The notes beneath the pieces are model-generated. The model was not told the DNA's origin. It saw nothing but the letters and a program-made list of their open reading frames with translations, and did no database searches. A program made the translations under genes and the position numbers. From contig CM059438.1 in NCBI GenBank assembly GCA_030390025.1, positions 65,226,001 to 65,290,000 on the forward strand: DNA of 64,000 nt, read 5' to 3'. The stretch's first letter is position 1. Every line of letters starts with the position of its first letter. Origin of the DNA: Squalus acanthias (taxonomy: Eukaryota). This document shows, in pieces, positions 49,714-62,732 of this stretch.

Positions 49714-50295
49714 TAAAGGTGGCCATTTTGACAGGGTGATGGAAAGAGATGGTCAAGAGATGGATTACAGAGGTGTCTGTATATCTTGTTGGTTTGGGCA
49801 AATATCTCTTGGATAATTTTGATGTAGCCTGAACATGGATTGACTTTGTCTTTTATTCTGCTTAGTTCAACGTTGATGGTGCCGTGCACCGAGGCCTCTT
49901 ACCTAGGCTTTTCTGTTAAAATAAATCTCTGTAATAACCCAAAACTAGCGCAACATCATCTACATATTTGTAATTCAAACCTCACCATCATTATTGTATT
50001 TACATGAAGATAGAGGGTGCTAGGGCCATGGGAAGTGAATGGTGGCAGCCACCTGGGATCCAAATAAGTGGTCACGTGTCCCTGATTAAGCAAAATGGCC
50101 AAGGAGGTATAGAGACTGAAAGAGTTAGATTAGAGCAACAGCCAGAATTGAGGGACATAGGCTCCCATGGATCAGTGTGTGACAAGTTTGAAGTAAGCAT
50201 ATTTTGTTTGGTGAATGTAACAATATAAGTGCATAGGAGCACCGAACTGCCTTCAGTTGACTGGGCTGAATCGATTTCAAGAAGGGTGATAATAT

Positions 50296-51512
50296 GTCAC
50301 TGTTGTAATGTGGGAAACACGGCAGCCAATTTGCACACAGCAAGGTCCCACAAACATCAATGTGATAATGACCAGATAATCTGCTCTTTAGTGATGTTGT
50401 TTGAGGGATAAATATTGACCAGGACACCTGGAGAAGTCCCCGCTCTTCTTCGAAATAGTGCCATGGGATCTTATACACCCACTGAGAGGGCAGACACGGC
50501 CTTGGTTTAAGAACATAAGAACATAAGAAACAGGAGCAGGAGTAGGTCAGTCGGCCCCTCGAGCCTGCCCCGCCATTCAATAAGATCATGGCTGATCCAA
50601 TCTTGGCCTCAACACCACTTTCCCGCTCTCTCCCCATACCGCTTGACTCCCTTGTAGTTCAAATGTCTGTCAATCTCCGCCTTGAATATATTCAGTGACT
50701 CAGCCTCCACAGCTCTCTGGGGTAGAGAATTCCAAAGATTCACAACCCTCTGAGAGAAGAAATTCCTCCTCATCTCCGTCTTAAATGGGCGACCCCTTAT
50801 TCTGAAACTATGCCCCCTAGTTCTAGATACCCCCACTAGGGGAAACATCCTCTCAGCATCTACCCTGTCAATCCCCCTTAGAATCTTCTATGTTTCAATA
50901 AGATCACCTCTCATTCTATTAAACTCCAATGAGTATAGGACCAACCTGTTCAACCTTTCTTCATACGTCAACCCCTTCATCCCAGGAATCAACCTAGTGA
51001 ACCTTCTCTGTACTGCTTCCAATGCAAGTATATCCTTCCTTAAATATGGAGACCAAAACTGTACGCAGTAATCCAGGTGTGGTCTCACCAGCGCCCTGTA
51101 AAGTTGCATCAAAACTTCCCTACTTTTATACTCCATACCCCTTGCAATAAAGGCCAACATTCAATTAGCCTTCCTAATTACTTGCTGTACCTGCATGCTA
51201 ACTTTTTGTGTTTTATGTACTAGGACCCCCAGATCCCTTTGTACCGCAGCATTTTGTAGTCTCACTCCATTTAAATAATAATTTGCTTTTTCATTCTTCC
51301 TTCCAAAGTGGATAACCTCACATTTTCCCACATTATACTCCATCTGACGTCTCATCCGAAAGACGGCACTTCCCGCAGTGCTGCACTCCCACAGTACTGC
51401 ACTGGAGTGTCAGCCCAGATTATGTACTCAAGTCCCTGGCATGGGAATTGAACCCACAACCTTCTGACTCAGAGGTGAGACTGTTACTCTGTGAAACTGA
51501 GCCACAGCTGAT
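50296..51512 (-). mobile_element. Deu-SINE split by a CR1 insertion
   Basis: The SINE reads ...cttggtttaa (50510) and resumes acgtctcatccgaaagacggcac (51347), as in the intact copy at 59205-59232. Confidence 0.82.
50511..51345 (-). mobile_element. CR1 3' fragment (same young family as 10893-11825)
   Basis: ORFs 51161..51355, 50888..51160 and 50609..50848 are consecutive CR1 ORF2 C-terminal pieces; (aacataag)n tail. Confidence 0.93.
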
Positions 51513-51559
51513 AACTTATTTATTGATGAAATTTTAAAAAGTTATTTTTCAAGACCTAC

Positions 51560-52905
51560 AAACAATGATGGACAGGTGAAGAGCCTGTCCCACACAATTG
51601 CGATACCTTGTGTATCACAACCTATACACTCCACTGCACCTGAAACCTGGGAGAGGCACAAAAACAGATAAAAAGCTCAGGCCAATTTTGGAAATTCCTC
51701 TCCGACTCATCTAGCTGATTGAAACTAGTCCAGGGGATCACTCTGGCCCTGAATTCCCTACAGTACCTACCTTCTGTAGGAAGTGATCTCCGCCCCAGCT
51801 AGAAACAAATCCAGCTCTCATTTGAAAGCACTCAGCGAGTCCGCGTCCACCGCACGAGATGGCAACCTGCCCCAGAGGTCCACTATTCTCTGGGAAAAGA
51901 ACCACCTCCTGACATCTAACCTAGATCTAGCCTTATACAACTTCAATTTGTGACCCCTGGTCCTGCCTAACCGGTTTAATTGAAATAAATTGTCAGCTGG
52001 AACACAATCTATTCCCTTCACTATCTTATAAACCTCAATCAGATCCCCCTTAAGTCTATGCTTCTCTAAGGTATAGAGTCACAACTCTTTTAGCCTATCT
52101 TGATAACTAAGATGCTTTAAACTGGGAATTAGTCTAGTGCCTCCTCCTCTGTACCCTTTCCAAAGCCTCAATATCACCCACCATGTGAGGAGACCAAAAC
52201 TGGACACAGTATTCCAAGTGCGGCCTGACTAAGGTCTTGTACAAGGACAAAACAGTAAGCCTCATCTTGTACTCAATTGTCCTATGGATACTCCCCAACA
52301 CCCTATTTGTTCTAGCTACATGGCATTGCTCATGTATCTTTAAGAATGTATGCACTGGAATGCCCAACTCTCTTTCTATCTCCACCATCTTTAATGCCTT
52401 TCCCTGAAGGCTGTATGGATGTTGAGCATTTGCCCTGCCCACATGTTCTAAGTTATACATCATTTTCCAGTCTTGAGCCCAATCTCCCAACACATTAAGG
52501 TCTGCCTGAAGCAAACGAGCATCATCTACAGTTCTAACACTTGCACAGATCTTGGTATCATCTGCAAATTTGCAGACTGTGCCCCCAACACCTACATCCA
52601 GATCATTAATAAAAATAGTAAAGTGCAATGGTCCCAACACTGATCCCTGTGGGACACCACTGGTGATTGGTCTCCAAACAGATCCAAATCCATCTGTAAC
52701 TACTTTTTGCCTACGTCCTGCCAGCCAGTTCTGAATCCAGCTCAATATATTACTACCATTACCAGAGGCTTCGATCTTATAGAGAAACCTCTTATGCGGT
52801 GCCTTATCAAAAGCTTTTTGGAAATCTAAGTAGACAATGTCTACTGGAATTTCCTCATCCACCGACTTTGTAACTTCTTCAAAAAACACAATTAGACCTG
52901 TGGTT
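51560..52905 (-). mobile_element. CR1-clade LINE of a different family (RT to 3' end)
   Basis: ORF 52134..52910: [14 protein letters not shown]...GVPQGSVLGP...KFADDTKI...LVRPHLEYCVQFWSP; ORF 51818..52021: RTRGHKLKL...FFSQRIV. Confidence 0.88.
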
Positions 52906-55096
52906 AACATTGTTTAAGGATTCCAGACGTAATGCGTTTGAATTTGCAATGTGACCTGTTGCACTTCCTTCCGTGTGAGTAATATTGCTGTGTTACCATT
53001 ATCGATTATATCCTGTAATCATAAAGGATCAGGATCCCTTCACGTTGGTTTGAATGGTGTGTATATATTGTTAATGAGAAGTCATCCTTAAATTTGCAGT
53101 TTAATTCCCTGCCGAATTAATTATACCAGTAGGCAAAAGAATCAGACTTTACCAACAATGCGCTGTGGTTTCTGTGAAATGAGTTTGGACAGACTCAGTT
53201 TAGTTCCCTGTCCATGGGCATGAGCCCACTGCACACAACAGCCATTTATTTGGCACAAAATTGGCCATCTCACTCAGAAAGGCAGTAGGATGCTAAGTTT
53301 GGGAAATGGAAAAGTTTCCCGAGGAAACACCGGGTGCCACTCCGATTTCGAGGCTCGGGGATGCCATTTTTACATGGTGTATATAATCCGAGAATGCTTG
53401 ATGCTGAAGCTGGGTGCGACAATGAGAAGTGTTCCAATCCCAGGAAGCATATATCCTTCACATTACAGCAGTGTCTACACTTCAATAGCAGTCCATTGAC
53501 TAGGAAGCGCTTCGGGATGTCCTGAGGTCATGAAAGGTGCTATATAGTGATGCGCTCAAAAAAAGTAATTTCTTTAACCACTAATTATTCGTCTGGATCA
53601 TTTGTCAAAATTGAAGTTTAATTTTAAGTTTTAAACCTCGTTGATTTTCTTTTGCTAAAATCAAGCATTTATTGTAATTCAATTTGGTGCCAATTACAGA
53701 GGTAGAATTAAACTGGAATCGGTACAGTCACAACTTAGTGCTCTGTGCAGTCTGCCCCGTTCAGGCTAATTTATTTATATATATATATATACCTGCTCAG
53801 CAGAATGAAGGAAGAACTTGCACAATCACAAATGTAATTTGTGTAATAGTTCCTACCTTGCCATAGCAGCGTTGTCCAATCATTGTCAATGAGTACATGA
53901 TTAATTCTTACAGGACAGATTTACTTGGTGCTATCAAAAGAATTAGGAATGTAATTATACGCATACAATGATTCATTCTGCTGAATAGCAGAACCTATAA
54001 TTATAGATAACAACAGCAACTAAGAAAGGTATGAAACTTGACGCTTCTCATTATGCGAGAGATGATTTATAATCGGCCCATCTGCCAACATGTAGTAAGC
54101 CATCTCATTGGGAGACACACATTCTCATGTATAATGAGGGTCACGTTCATGGTCAAACATGGCCGTGCCATGTGAAGCCAATTCATCAAAAATGTCTCCA
54201 GGAATGTCAGCGTGTCCGAACACAAGAAAACGGAATAAAAGGAATTTTGAGTGGAGGAAGGTTGTTTCAGGGTCTTCTCTACCCTTTTTTTAACATAGAT
54301 TTTTCAGCTCTCATATTTTAGATCACTCTCCTAGTTGACTCCCAACGCCCTCGGCCTTCAAGAGTGTCTCCACAAGCCTTACCGTCCAGCTAAATATTCA
54401 GTAGTGTGCGCTGGACAATGAGCAGAAAGAATCCTGTCTATTAATTACTTTTAAGCTCATAAGAATGATGAGATCTAGCTCCTCTCTTCGGTAAGCAATA
54501 GAACATCACACTAGACTTTGTTCCAGTTTTAAACTATTAAACAATTTTACTAAACAAACTAAGAAGGATGGAATATGTAATATAACATGTATTTAAAACA
54601 GAGATCTTATCCCCTATCTCCTCGAAAGGGAAAATAACCAACAAAACACACATCTAAATCCTAATCTGTATCTCTATAAGCAGCCGCTCGATACACAGCC
54701 CCTCCCTCTCCTTCTTGTCACCCAACGAGATCTGGAAGCTGGTTTAAAATCTGCCTGCCTTTCTATAAAGACCTAAGTTTGTTCAATTCAACCTGCTCTG
54801 AGGACTCTTCTCCGTTCATTCATCATATGGTTCTCAACCTGTTGCCAAGGCTCATAAGAAATTCATAACTGCCAGCCTCATTCAAATAAACGAACAGGCT
54901 CTTGTACTCATAACTAAGCCAAAAACATGCCTTTATAAATTTGAAAATTGCGTGTTAGACATCCACTCCAGTCTATTATCTGGGAGAGAAGAACAGGAAA
55001 CTTCACATCCCGTTTAACAAAATAGAGGACTATTTTAAAATCTCATCGATTGTGCCAGATTTTAACGGACAGCAACCAAACCAAAAGAAGACAGAA

Positions 55097-55306
55097 ATAA
55101 CAACAGAAAATGCTGGAAAAACTCAGCAGGCCAGGCAACATCCGTGGAGAGAGAAACAGAGTTAACGTTTCAGGTCGAAGACCTTTCGTCAGACCTGAAT
55201 CGTTAACTCTGTTTCTCTCTCCACAGATGCTGCCTGGCCTGCTGAGTTTTTCCAGCGTTTTCTGTTGTTATTTCGGATTTCCAGCATCCGCAGTATTTTG
55301 CTATCG
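55097..55306. mobile_element. Penelope-derived fold-back insertion with perfect 15-bp TSD
   Basis: TSD caaaagaagacagaa at 55082-55096 and 55307-55321; inverted arms plus an unpaired tail ending gcatccgcagtattttgc. Confidence 0.85.
55160..55196 (-). ncRNA. Minimal hammerhead motif, intact core, stem I weakened by the fold-back junction
   Basis: Minus strand aggt-CTGACGA-A-AGGTC(ttc)GACCT-GAAACGTT-AACT. Confidence 0.68.
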
Positions 55307-57031
55307 CAAAAGAAGACAGAATTGCTTTCATGCATGTCACATGTATGGCATATGTCACACACATCAAAATGAAAGGCTTACAAAAATAGTAAGAAGAGGC
55401 ATATTAATCAACAGCAGTGAGTTCTTGTCGTTATTTCCCTGATTCTTTTGGTTAATGGTGTCTTGGTCTTGTGAAATGAGCACAGGAACATTGCTCAGCA
55501 GTGCAACAACTTGAATATAAAGCCGCTGATTTAGCCATTGCTGAATGGTTTGAGAGGTCCATGTTCTTCGGACAGTAAGTAGAACATGAATAATTTCTTG
55601 ACTTCAAAAAATATAAACACTGTAACATGATCTCGTTGAAGGATGTCCTTTTTAAGATAATTTATTCAGGAGCCGTGCACATCAGTTGGAGCTGACATTG
55701 AATCCAACACCGTGGGGGATAGATATCCTCAGGTCGTTGCGTATCAGTGACCTTGTAAACATAGAGTGAGGCATTCATCTCTTCACTATGACAAGCAAAC
55801 TGCATTGTGAAAGATGGGCTTATGATCTAACTAGAAATAGCGATCAGACGAATTCTTCATTGATGATTACAATGCGCCAAGAGAAACCAGAGGGAATCTT
55901 CACCCGATATGGTTATAAGGGCTGTGCATCTTTTCTGCAGGTCACATACATGTGATGTGTGCACCATTTATGGCACTTTTACACTTGACTTCAAAGAAGT
56001 TCCTATCGAGAGAGAGAGCGGCCTACGTGCTTGCCATTCACCACCTATTAACATTTCAGTCTCTGTAACACCGCTGCCCTCCACTGTACACTGCCGAGAC
56101 CCAAATGGTATTGCTGCCCTCCCGTGTTTACTGAACTGGATCAGGAGGCCTCAAGCCAAAGGCAGATTTGGAGGCCCATCTGCTCGTAGGTATCCGCCTC
56201 CGTCGGTTCTCTGCCGATCCTGCCGTTTATACTTAGTGCAGCCCCTAGAGGGAGAGCTGCCATGCTTGCATTAGCTCCACCACAATGTGGCATGGCAGAT
56301 TAATGCTGACATCGCCAGTACAACTTGTTCTGCTCTGTAGTATCCCCTGCTTTGGTAAGCATTAAATCAGTCTATATTATCGCACATTGTGCAGAGGCTC
56401 ATGCTGAGGCATATTGCAGAAGATGTAATTGAATTGTCGGCATATACCTGGTGTGCACTACCTCTTAAAAAACGACTGCAACGAGATAAATAATTGATCA
56501 GTACAGTTTATATTAAAATAATACCTGTTGGGATCACAGCAAGTATAGACTCGCAGCTTTGGAGTTCTCAGCTCATCATAAATCGCCGTATCAAAGCTCC
56601 AGTGGTCCCTCTGATCATTGGAACTTCAAGTTTGTCCAATAGTTCACAACACATAATGGCAGAAGGCCTCATTATATTGAAGGAATAAACTTGCAGTCCA
56701 TGCTGGAAATACGCATCAGGCCTGTCAGACCTGACTAAGGATTTCCACCTAAAGCACTGGGAGCAAAATTCATCTCAGGCAGTGGTGTAAACCAGGCGAT
56801 AGCAAATCGCCATTGAATTCAAAGGAAAAAAAAACAGGCAGAGTGTAAAACAAGCTGCCAATGCACTAGCACCCATTTTGCAATACCACCCCCATTATCT
56901 TTCTGATCCGGATTGGCCTGCTGTGCATTTCCAACCTTTTCTGTTTTACTTATATATTATATTATTGAGTGCTACGTTCTTAAATTTAATTTCTGGCCAG
57001 TTTTACCTCATGACACCACTGAGGTGAATAG

Positions 57032-57475
57032 AAAGAAGGAAATAACTTGCGTCTGTATACTGTCTTTTACAATCTCAGGATGTCCAAAAGCATTTTACAG
57101 CCAATGAAATACTTTTTGAAGTGTAGTCACTGTTGTAATTTATGAAACGCGGCAGCCAATTGGCTCACAAAGGTCCCACAAACAGCAATGAAATAAATGA
57201 CTCGACCATCTGCTTTAAGGTACTGGTTGAGGGATAAATATTGGCCAGGACACCAGGCAGAACTCCCCTGCTCTTCTTCATACAGTGCCATGGGATCGTT
57301 TACCTCAACCAGAGAGGGCAGATGTGAGCTCGGTTTGCATCTGAAAGATGGCACATCATCACCCCTCAGCACTACACTGGAGTATCAGCCTAGATCATGT
57401 GGTCAAGTTGCTGGAGTGGTACTTGAACCCATGACCTTCTGACTTGGAGACGAGAGTGCTACCACTGAGCTGATA
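57032..57475 (-). mobile_element. Deu-domain SINE
   Basis: Collinear with 58912-59349, including gggataaatattggccaggacacc and the tRNA-like head cttgaaccc...ctaccactgagc. Confidence 0.82.
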
Positions 57476-57854
57476 CCTGAATAGAATGCGGTTGTATCTT
57501 TGACTAACATAATCAAACTCTGCTGTTCATGTTCATATCCACCAGTTCTCAAGTTCCATCAGTTAGTTTGTCTTCCATCATCACCGATGACTTTCGCTGA
57601 TCGTAAAATTAGACCACCCAGCATCGCATGAGGATATCAGGGGAATTATTTGCAGTGAGGTCAAAAGTTTCCGTTACAGGATGGATTTTATTTGGCTGGT
57701 AAAGTGCCTTGCCGACTAGCCAGAGTAAGTTCCAACAAGCGGCAAACGTAAAGGCTCATCAGTTTTCAAATAACCAGAATGTGTTTATTCTATCTCTGGA
57801 ACAATAAACTCGTGTTTATTGACAAGGCCATTTGTAACACTCACCCCTCCACAT

Positions 57855-58272
57855 CAGAATGGTTGTTGGTTCAAGTCCCACTCCAGAAACTTGAGCAAAA
57901 AATCTAGGCTGAAACTCCAGTGCAGTACTGATGAAGTGCTGTATTGCCAGAGGTACCGTCTTTCAGATGAGATGTTAAACCGAGGTCCCTTCCGTCCTCT
58001 CAGGTTGATTTAAAAGATCCCGTGGCACTATTTTGAAAAAGAGCAGCGGTGTCCTGGCCAATATTTATCTCTCAATCAACATCACTATAAAAACACATTT
58101 CTGGTCATTATCACGTTGCTTTTTGTGGGCTCTTGCTGTGTGCAAATCTGCAGCCGCGTTTCCCTATGTTGCATTACTGCACTTCAAAAAGTACTTCATT
58201 GGCTCTAAAGTGCTTTGGGATGTCCTGAGATCATGAAAGGCACTATACAAGTGCAAATCTGTGTTTCTTTCT
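57855..58272 (+). mobile_element. Deu-domain SINE (5' clipped)
   Basis: B box ggttcaagtccc at 57868; Deu core aaaagatcccgtggcactatt...gtgtcctggccaatatttat. Confidence 0.82.
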
Positions 58273-58911
58273 ATCTTTTCTCTGCTCCTTCATTCGCTCC
58301 CTGGCATTCTCTTCTATTTTCATCCTTTACGTCTTGTTGCATCTCTTCTCCATCTCACTGATTTGTTTGCCTCTTGACTTTACCAAAGGTGGATTAGTCC
58401 TTTTTAGGGGGTTGTTTCCTTCAGTTAAAGCAACATGTTTTAATGAATCGTAAATGAATTTAAGCAAGTTTTTAAAAAATCTTAGAACTGAGACATCAGC
58501 AGTAGGAAGCTTCTAGCTTCAAATGCCGACCTGGGGCAAGGTAAATGATCTCAGATGGTGCAGGATTAGGAGTGTGACACATGGCTGCGTTGCCTTCGGA
58601 ATAGGGAAGGAAAAAAATCAGCCACCCGTTCCTGCTCTTGATTGCTAACCATGGACTTGTGCTGGGAAGTATCGATGTGCAAATGACCAACAAGGAGAAG
58701 CCCAGGCTCAGAGAGGCACATCCACTTTGGTCGAATAGTTTGTCCTCCCTCACTGTGAGGCTCACGCACAAACAATGACTACCGGGCATACCCGGGACCA
58801 TACAAGGCACAAATGATAATTGGCTGGGGGTAGATGTTCTGTTCAGTAAGTAACTTAAAATGCTTTTCCATGATGGAAATTTTTAGATGAAGTACATTTT
58901 GACAAATGTAA

Positions 58912-59349
58912 AGAAAGACTTGCATTTATAGAGCGCCTTTCACGACCACCGGACGTCTCAAAGCTCTTTACAGCCGATGAAGTACTTTTGGAGTGTAGTC
59001 ACTATTGTAATGTAGGAAACACAGCAGCCAATTTGCGCACAGCAAGCTCCCACAAACAGCAATGTGATAATGACCTCCTAATCTGGTTTGTTATGATGAT
59101 TGATGGATAAATATTGGCCAGGACACCGACGAGTATGCCCCTGCTCTTCTTCGAAATAGTGCCATGGGATCTTTTACGTCCACCTGAGAGAGCAGACGGG
59201 GCCTCGGTTTAACGTCTCATCCGAAAGACGGCACATCTGACAGTGCAGCACTCCCACAGCACTGCACTGGAGTGTCAGCCTAGATATATGTGCTCAAGTC
59301 CCTGGAGTGGGACTGTGAACCCACAACCTTCTGACGCAGAGGCAGCTGA
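58912..59349 (-). mobile_element. Deu-domain SINE, well preserved
   Basis: Reverse complement of the 31611-type SINE with tail aagaaagacttgcatttata. Confidence 0.85.
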
Positions 59350-59662
59350 CACGAGTCTGATCCACAGAGCCTATATCAGCATTGTCGTTTTGCCACAGTT
59401 ATCAAGATATTAATTAAACATGGTGAAAGAAGATGACTGTTGCAGCCTAAATCTGCCACCGATCTTTAAATATAGGTTGAAATAATGTTACATTCAGTTA
59501 GAAGTTGGAAACTGAGGTATTGCTCAAAGGATGGGAGCAGTTCAATGTACTGAATCTGTATTTTGAAAATATATGAAAAATGGAGATAAAATAATTTGTC
59601 TCATTCATGATTAAATGATCCCATTTGGCGTCCTTCCCACTGTAGTGGCAGGATTTGTAAGT

Positions 59663-60423
59663 GGGCCAGAAATTCGGCTCCCTGGCGTCCAGCGGGTGCA
59701 AGGATCCCGCGCGCACCTACCTACCGCGCCTGCCGTTGACCTCTGGGCCCACGGGGACTTCGGCTCCTGGGCCTCCTCCAAGTGCCGGCGCGCAGTGCTT
59801 GTGTATCCCAGGGGCGTAGTTAGTGCGATGAGTCCCCTGGGATCACGTGGGCCATGGAGAGCCAATGGCAGCAGACCATCTTTTATTCATAGATTTGACA
59901 GGACCTCTCAAATCTATGAATACAGATCGGCCCCAAAACATCCCTAAAACTACAAATACATTTAAAAAAAACATCACATTTTTAAAATAACTATAAATTA
60001 CATGAATTAACTATTTTAAACAAAAATTAAAATTTTTGAAAAAGTTAATTACATTTTTTAACGGGGTTAAAACTAAACTTACCTTTCTTTAAAGTAATTA
60101 AAAAAGATAAATCTGTGAAAAAAATGTTTAAATTTTAATAAAATCAACACTTACCTTGTTAAAAGAAGGCCTTGCGCATCCTTTTTAAAAGTGTATCTTC
60201 TCCGTGCTTACCTTTACGGAGGAACCTGTAAAAAAATCCGAAGTGCGAGGCGAACGCGCTGGCCCTCCGGCGTGCGCGTTCGACCTCTGAACCCCTTTCC
60301 TCAGGGGAACGGAAGTGCCGGTTTCCCGCGTATGCGCAGTGCATGCAAGAACCGGCACTTTCATTCCATCCACGGGTGAGTACACAGTGCGTACGCACCC
60401 GACAACAGCCGAATTTCTGCCCC
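59663..60423. mobile_element. Harbinger-type MITE, 'splice-signal' family
   Basis: TIRs gggccagaaattcggc / gccgaatttctgcccc; flanks agt / aat; collinear with 38104-38864. Confidence 0.88.
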
Positions 60424-61398
60424 AATAGTTATTGTCGCTGCAATAAATTAGATACTGGCTGTAAAAAACAACACACAGAAAGCAACAGTGAAATTAATGA
60501 GATATAGCTTTAAGAATGTGAACATGCTTAGCGCAGGGTCTGGTCCTGTCTTGAGTGGGTGCCTCAGGTTTTGGTGAAGCGTTTTCTCTTGTGTGGACAT
60601 GTTTACGATATGTTTTCTCTCAATCTGTTGCTCTTTATTTTGTGTGTTAAATTACGAGGGTCCGTGTAAACTGTTTCACAAAACATTTTCTCTGCGGCTA
60701 ACTGCCGCAAATGAAACTAAGAAGCATCAATAAATCATGGTAATCCGTATAAATATTTCTCCTCAGCATTACAGATTAGAAAACGGTTTCAGTGAATCAC
60801 CATTGCATAACGCTCACTCTTAATATCCCATGTGAGAACTTGGCATTTGCTCGTTTTCTCTAACTGCACATTATTGAAGGCACAATTGGAAGGTATTTAA
60901 ACCCTTAAGAATGTGTGAGTTGGGAGCGGGTAAGGGGGTGAGAGTCTGTGACTTTTAAGAGTGGGTGTGCAGCACGGCTCCAACGTGCCCACTTCCGGGT
61001 TTAATGGAGGCGCGTTTGGATGCCAGCGAGAAACCTACTTGCCGAAGTCAGGGATTTAATAATTGGATGCGGACGGGTCCTTATTGGCGCAATTAACATC
61101 CTTAGGAGACGTTAATGAGCTCTTTTTATTTTGTTTTTAACTTAAGTTTAAGCAGCAGTTTCAAGTATTTAAACTTGCCATTGTCCATTCTGACTAAACA
61201 CTCACTTATTGCAGCTGGTGTCTCAGTTCCCTCTGATAAATGTTTGGCAGAGAGTGGATACAGATATTTTGAAACCTTTGAGGATTTCAAATGGACAAGA
61301 TCAGGATGGGAGGCACCTTGGATGTGTTTGACAGCGCATCAGAAAAGGAAGACCATCACCAGCCACAGATGTGACGACGTGTTATGGTGGGATCAGTA

Positions 61399-62732
61399 GG
61401 TGTACAGGAGGGAGGTGCACAGGAGAGAGGGGCACAGGAAGGAGGTGCACAGGAGAGAGGTGCACAGGAGAGAGGGGCACAGGAGGGAGGTGCACAGGAA
61501 ATGGTGCACAGGAGGGAGGTGCACAGGAGGGAGGTGCACAGGAGAGAGGTGCACAGGAGAGAGGTGCACAGGAGGGAGGTGCACAGGAGAGAGGGGCACA
61601 GGAGGGAGGTGCTCAGGAGAGAGGGGCACAGGAGGGAGGTGCTCAGGAGAGAGGTGCACAGGAGAGAGGTGCACAGGAGAGAGGTGCACAGGAGGGAGGT
61701 GCACAGGAGAGAGGTGCACAGGAGGGAGGTGCACAGGAGGGAGGTGCACAGGAGAGAGGTGCTCAGGAGGGAGGTGCTCAGGAAATGGTGCACAGGAGGG
61801 AGGTGCTCAGGAGGGAGGTGCTCAGGAAATGGTGCACAGGAGGGAGGTGCTCAGGAGGGAGGTGCTCAGGAAATGGTGCACAGGAGGGAGGTGCTCAGGA
61901 GGGAGGTGCTCAGGAAATGGTGCACAGGAGGGAGGTGCACAGGAGAGAGGTGCACAGGAGAGAGGTGCACAGGAGAGAGGTGCAGAGGAGGGAGGTGCAC
62001 AGGAGAGAGGTGCACAGGAGAGGTGCACAGGAGAGAGGGGCACAGGAGGAAGGTGCACAGGAGGGAGGGGCACAGGAGGGAGGTGCTCAGGAGAGAGGTG
62101 CACAGGAGAGAGGGGTACAGGAGGGAGGTGCACAGGAGGGAGGTGCACAGGAGAGAGGTGCACAGGAGAGAGGGGCACAGGAGGGAGGTGCACAGAAGGG
62201 AGGTGCGCAGGAGAGAGGTGCACAGGAGGGAGGTGCACAGAAGGGAGGTGCACAGGAGAGAGGTGCACAGGAGGGAGGGGTACAGGAGGGAGGTGCACAG
62301 GAGAGAGGTGCACAGGAGGGAGGTGCACAGGAGGGAGGGGCACAGGAGGGAGGTGCGCAGGAGAGAGGTGCTCAGGAGGGAGGTGCACAGGAGAGAGGGG
62401 TACAGGAGGGAGGTGCACAGGAGAGAGGTGCACAGGAGGGAGGTGCACAGGAGGGAGGGGCACAGGAGGGAGGTGCGCAGGAGAGAGGTGCTCAGGAGGG
62501 AGGTGCACAGAAGGGAGGTGCACAGGAGAGGTGCACAGGAGGGAGGTGCACAGGAGAGAGGGGCACAGGAGGGAGGTGCTCAGGAGGGAGGTGCACAGAA
62601 GGGAGGTGCACAGGAGAGAGGTGCACAGGAGAGAGGTGCACAGGAAGGAGGTGCACAGGAGAGATTTGCACAGGAGGGAGCGAAGGAGGTGTACACACAA
62701 GAGTCGCACAGGTGGGAGGTGCTCAGGAGAGA
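61399..62732 (+). repeat. 15-bp minisatellite (GGTGCACAGGAGRGA)n, about 1.3 kb, with 13-14-bp variants
   Basis: Directly visible tandem array; variants ggtgctcag, ggggcacag and ...ggaaat form higher-order blocks. Confidence 0.97.

Noticed and set aside
54455..55020. Possible solo LTR with a repeated gctcataagaa
   Set aside because: Could not define TG...CA ends with a TSD.
55909..56274. 121-aa ORF in unique sequence, and a CTCF-like motif near 56238-56258
   Set aside because: The peptide is not recognisable, and the motif deviates from the CTCF core at 2-3 positions.
61399..62732. CRISPR-like array
   Set aside because: Contiguous tandem units with no unique spacers, in vertebrate DNA with no cas genes.
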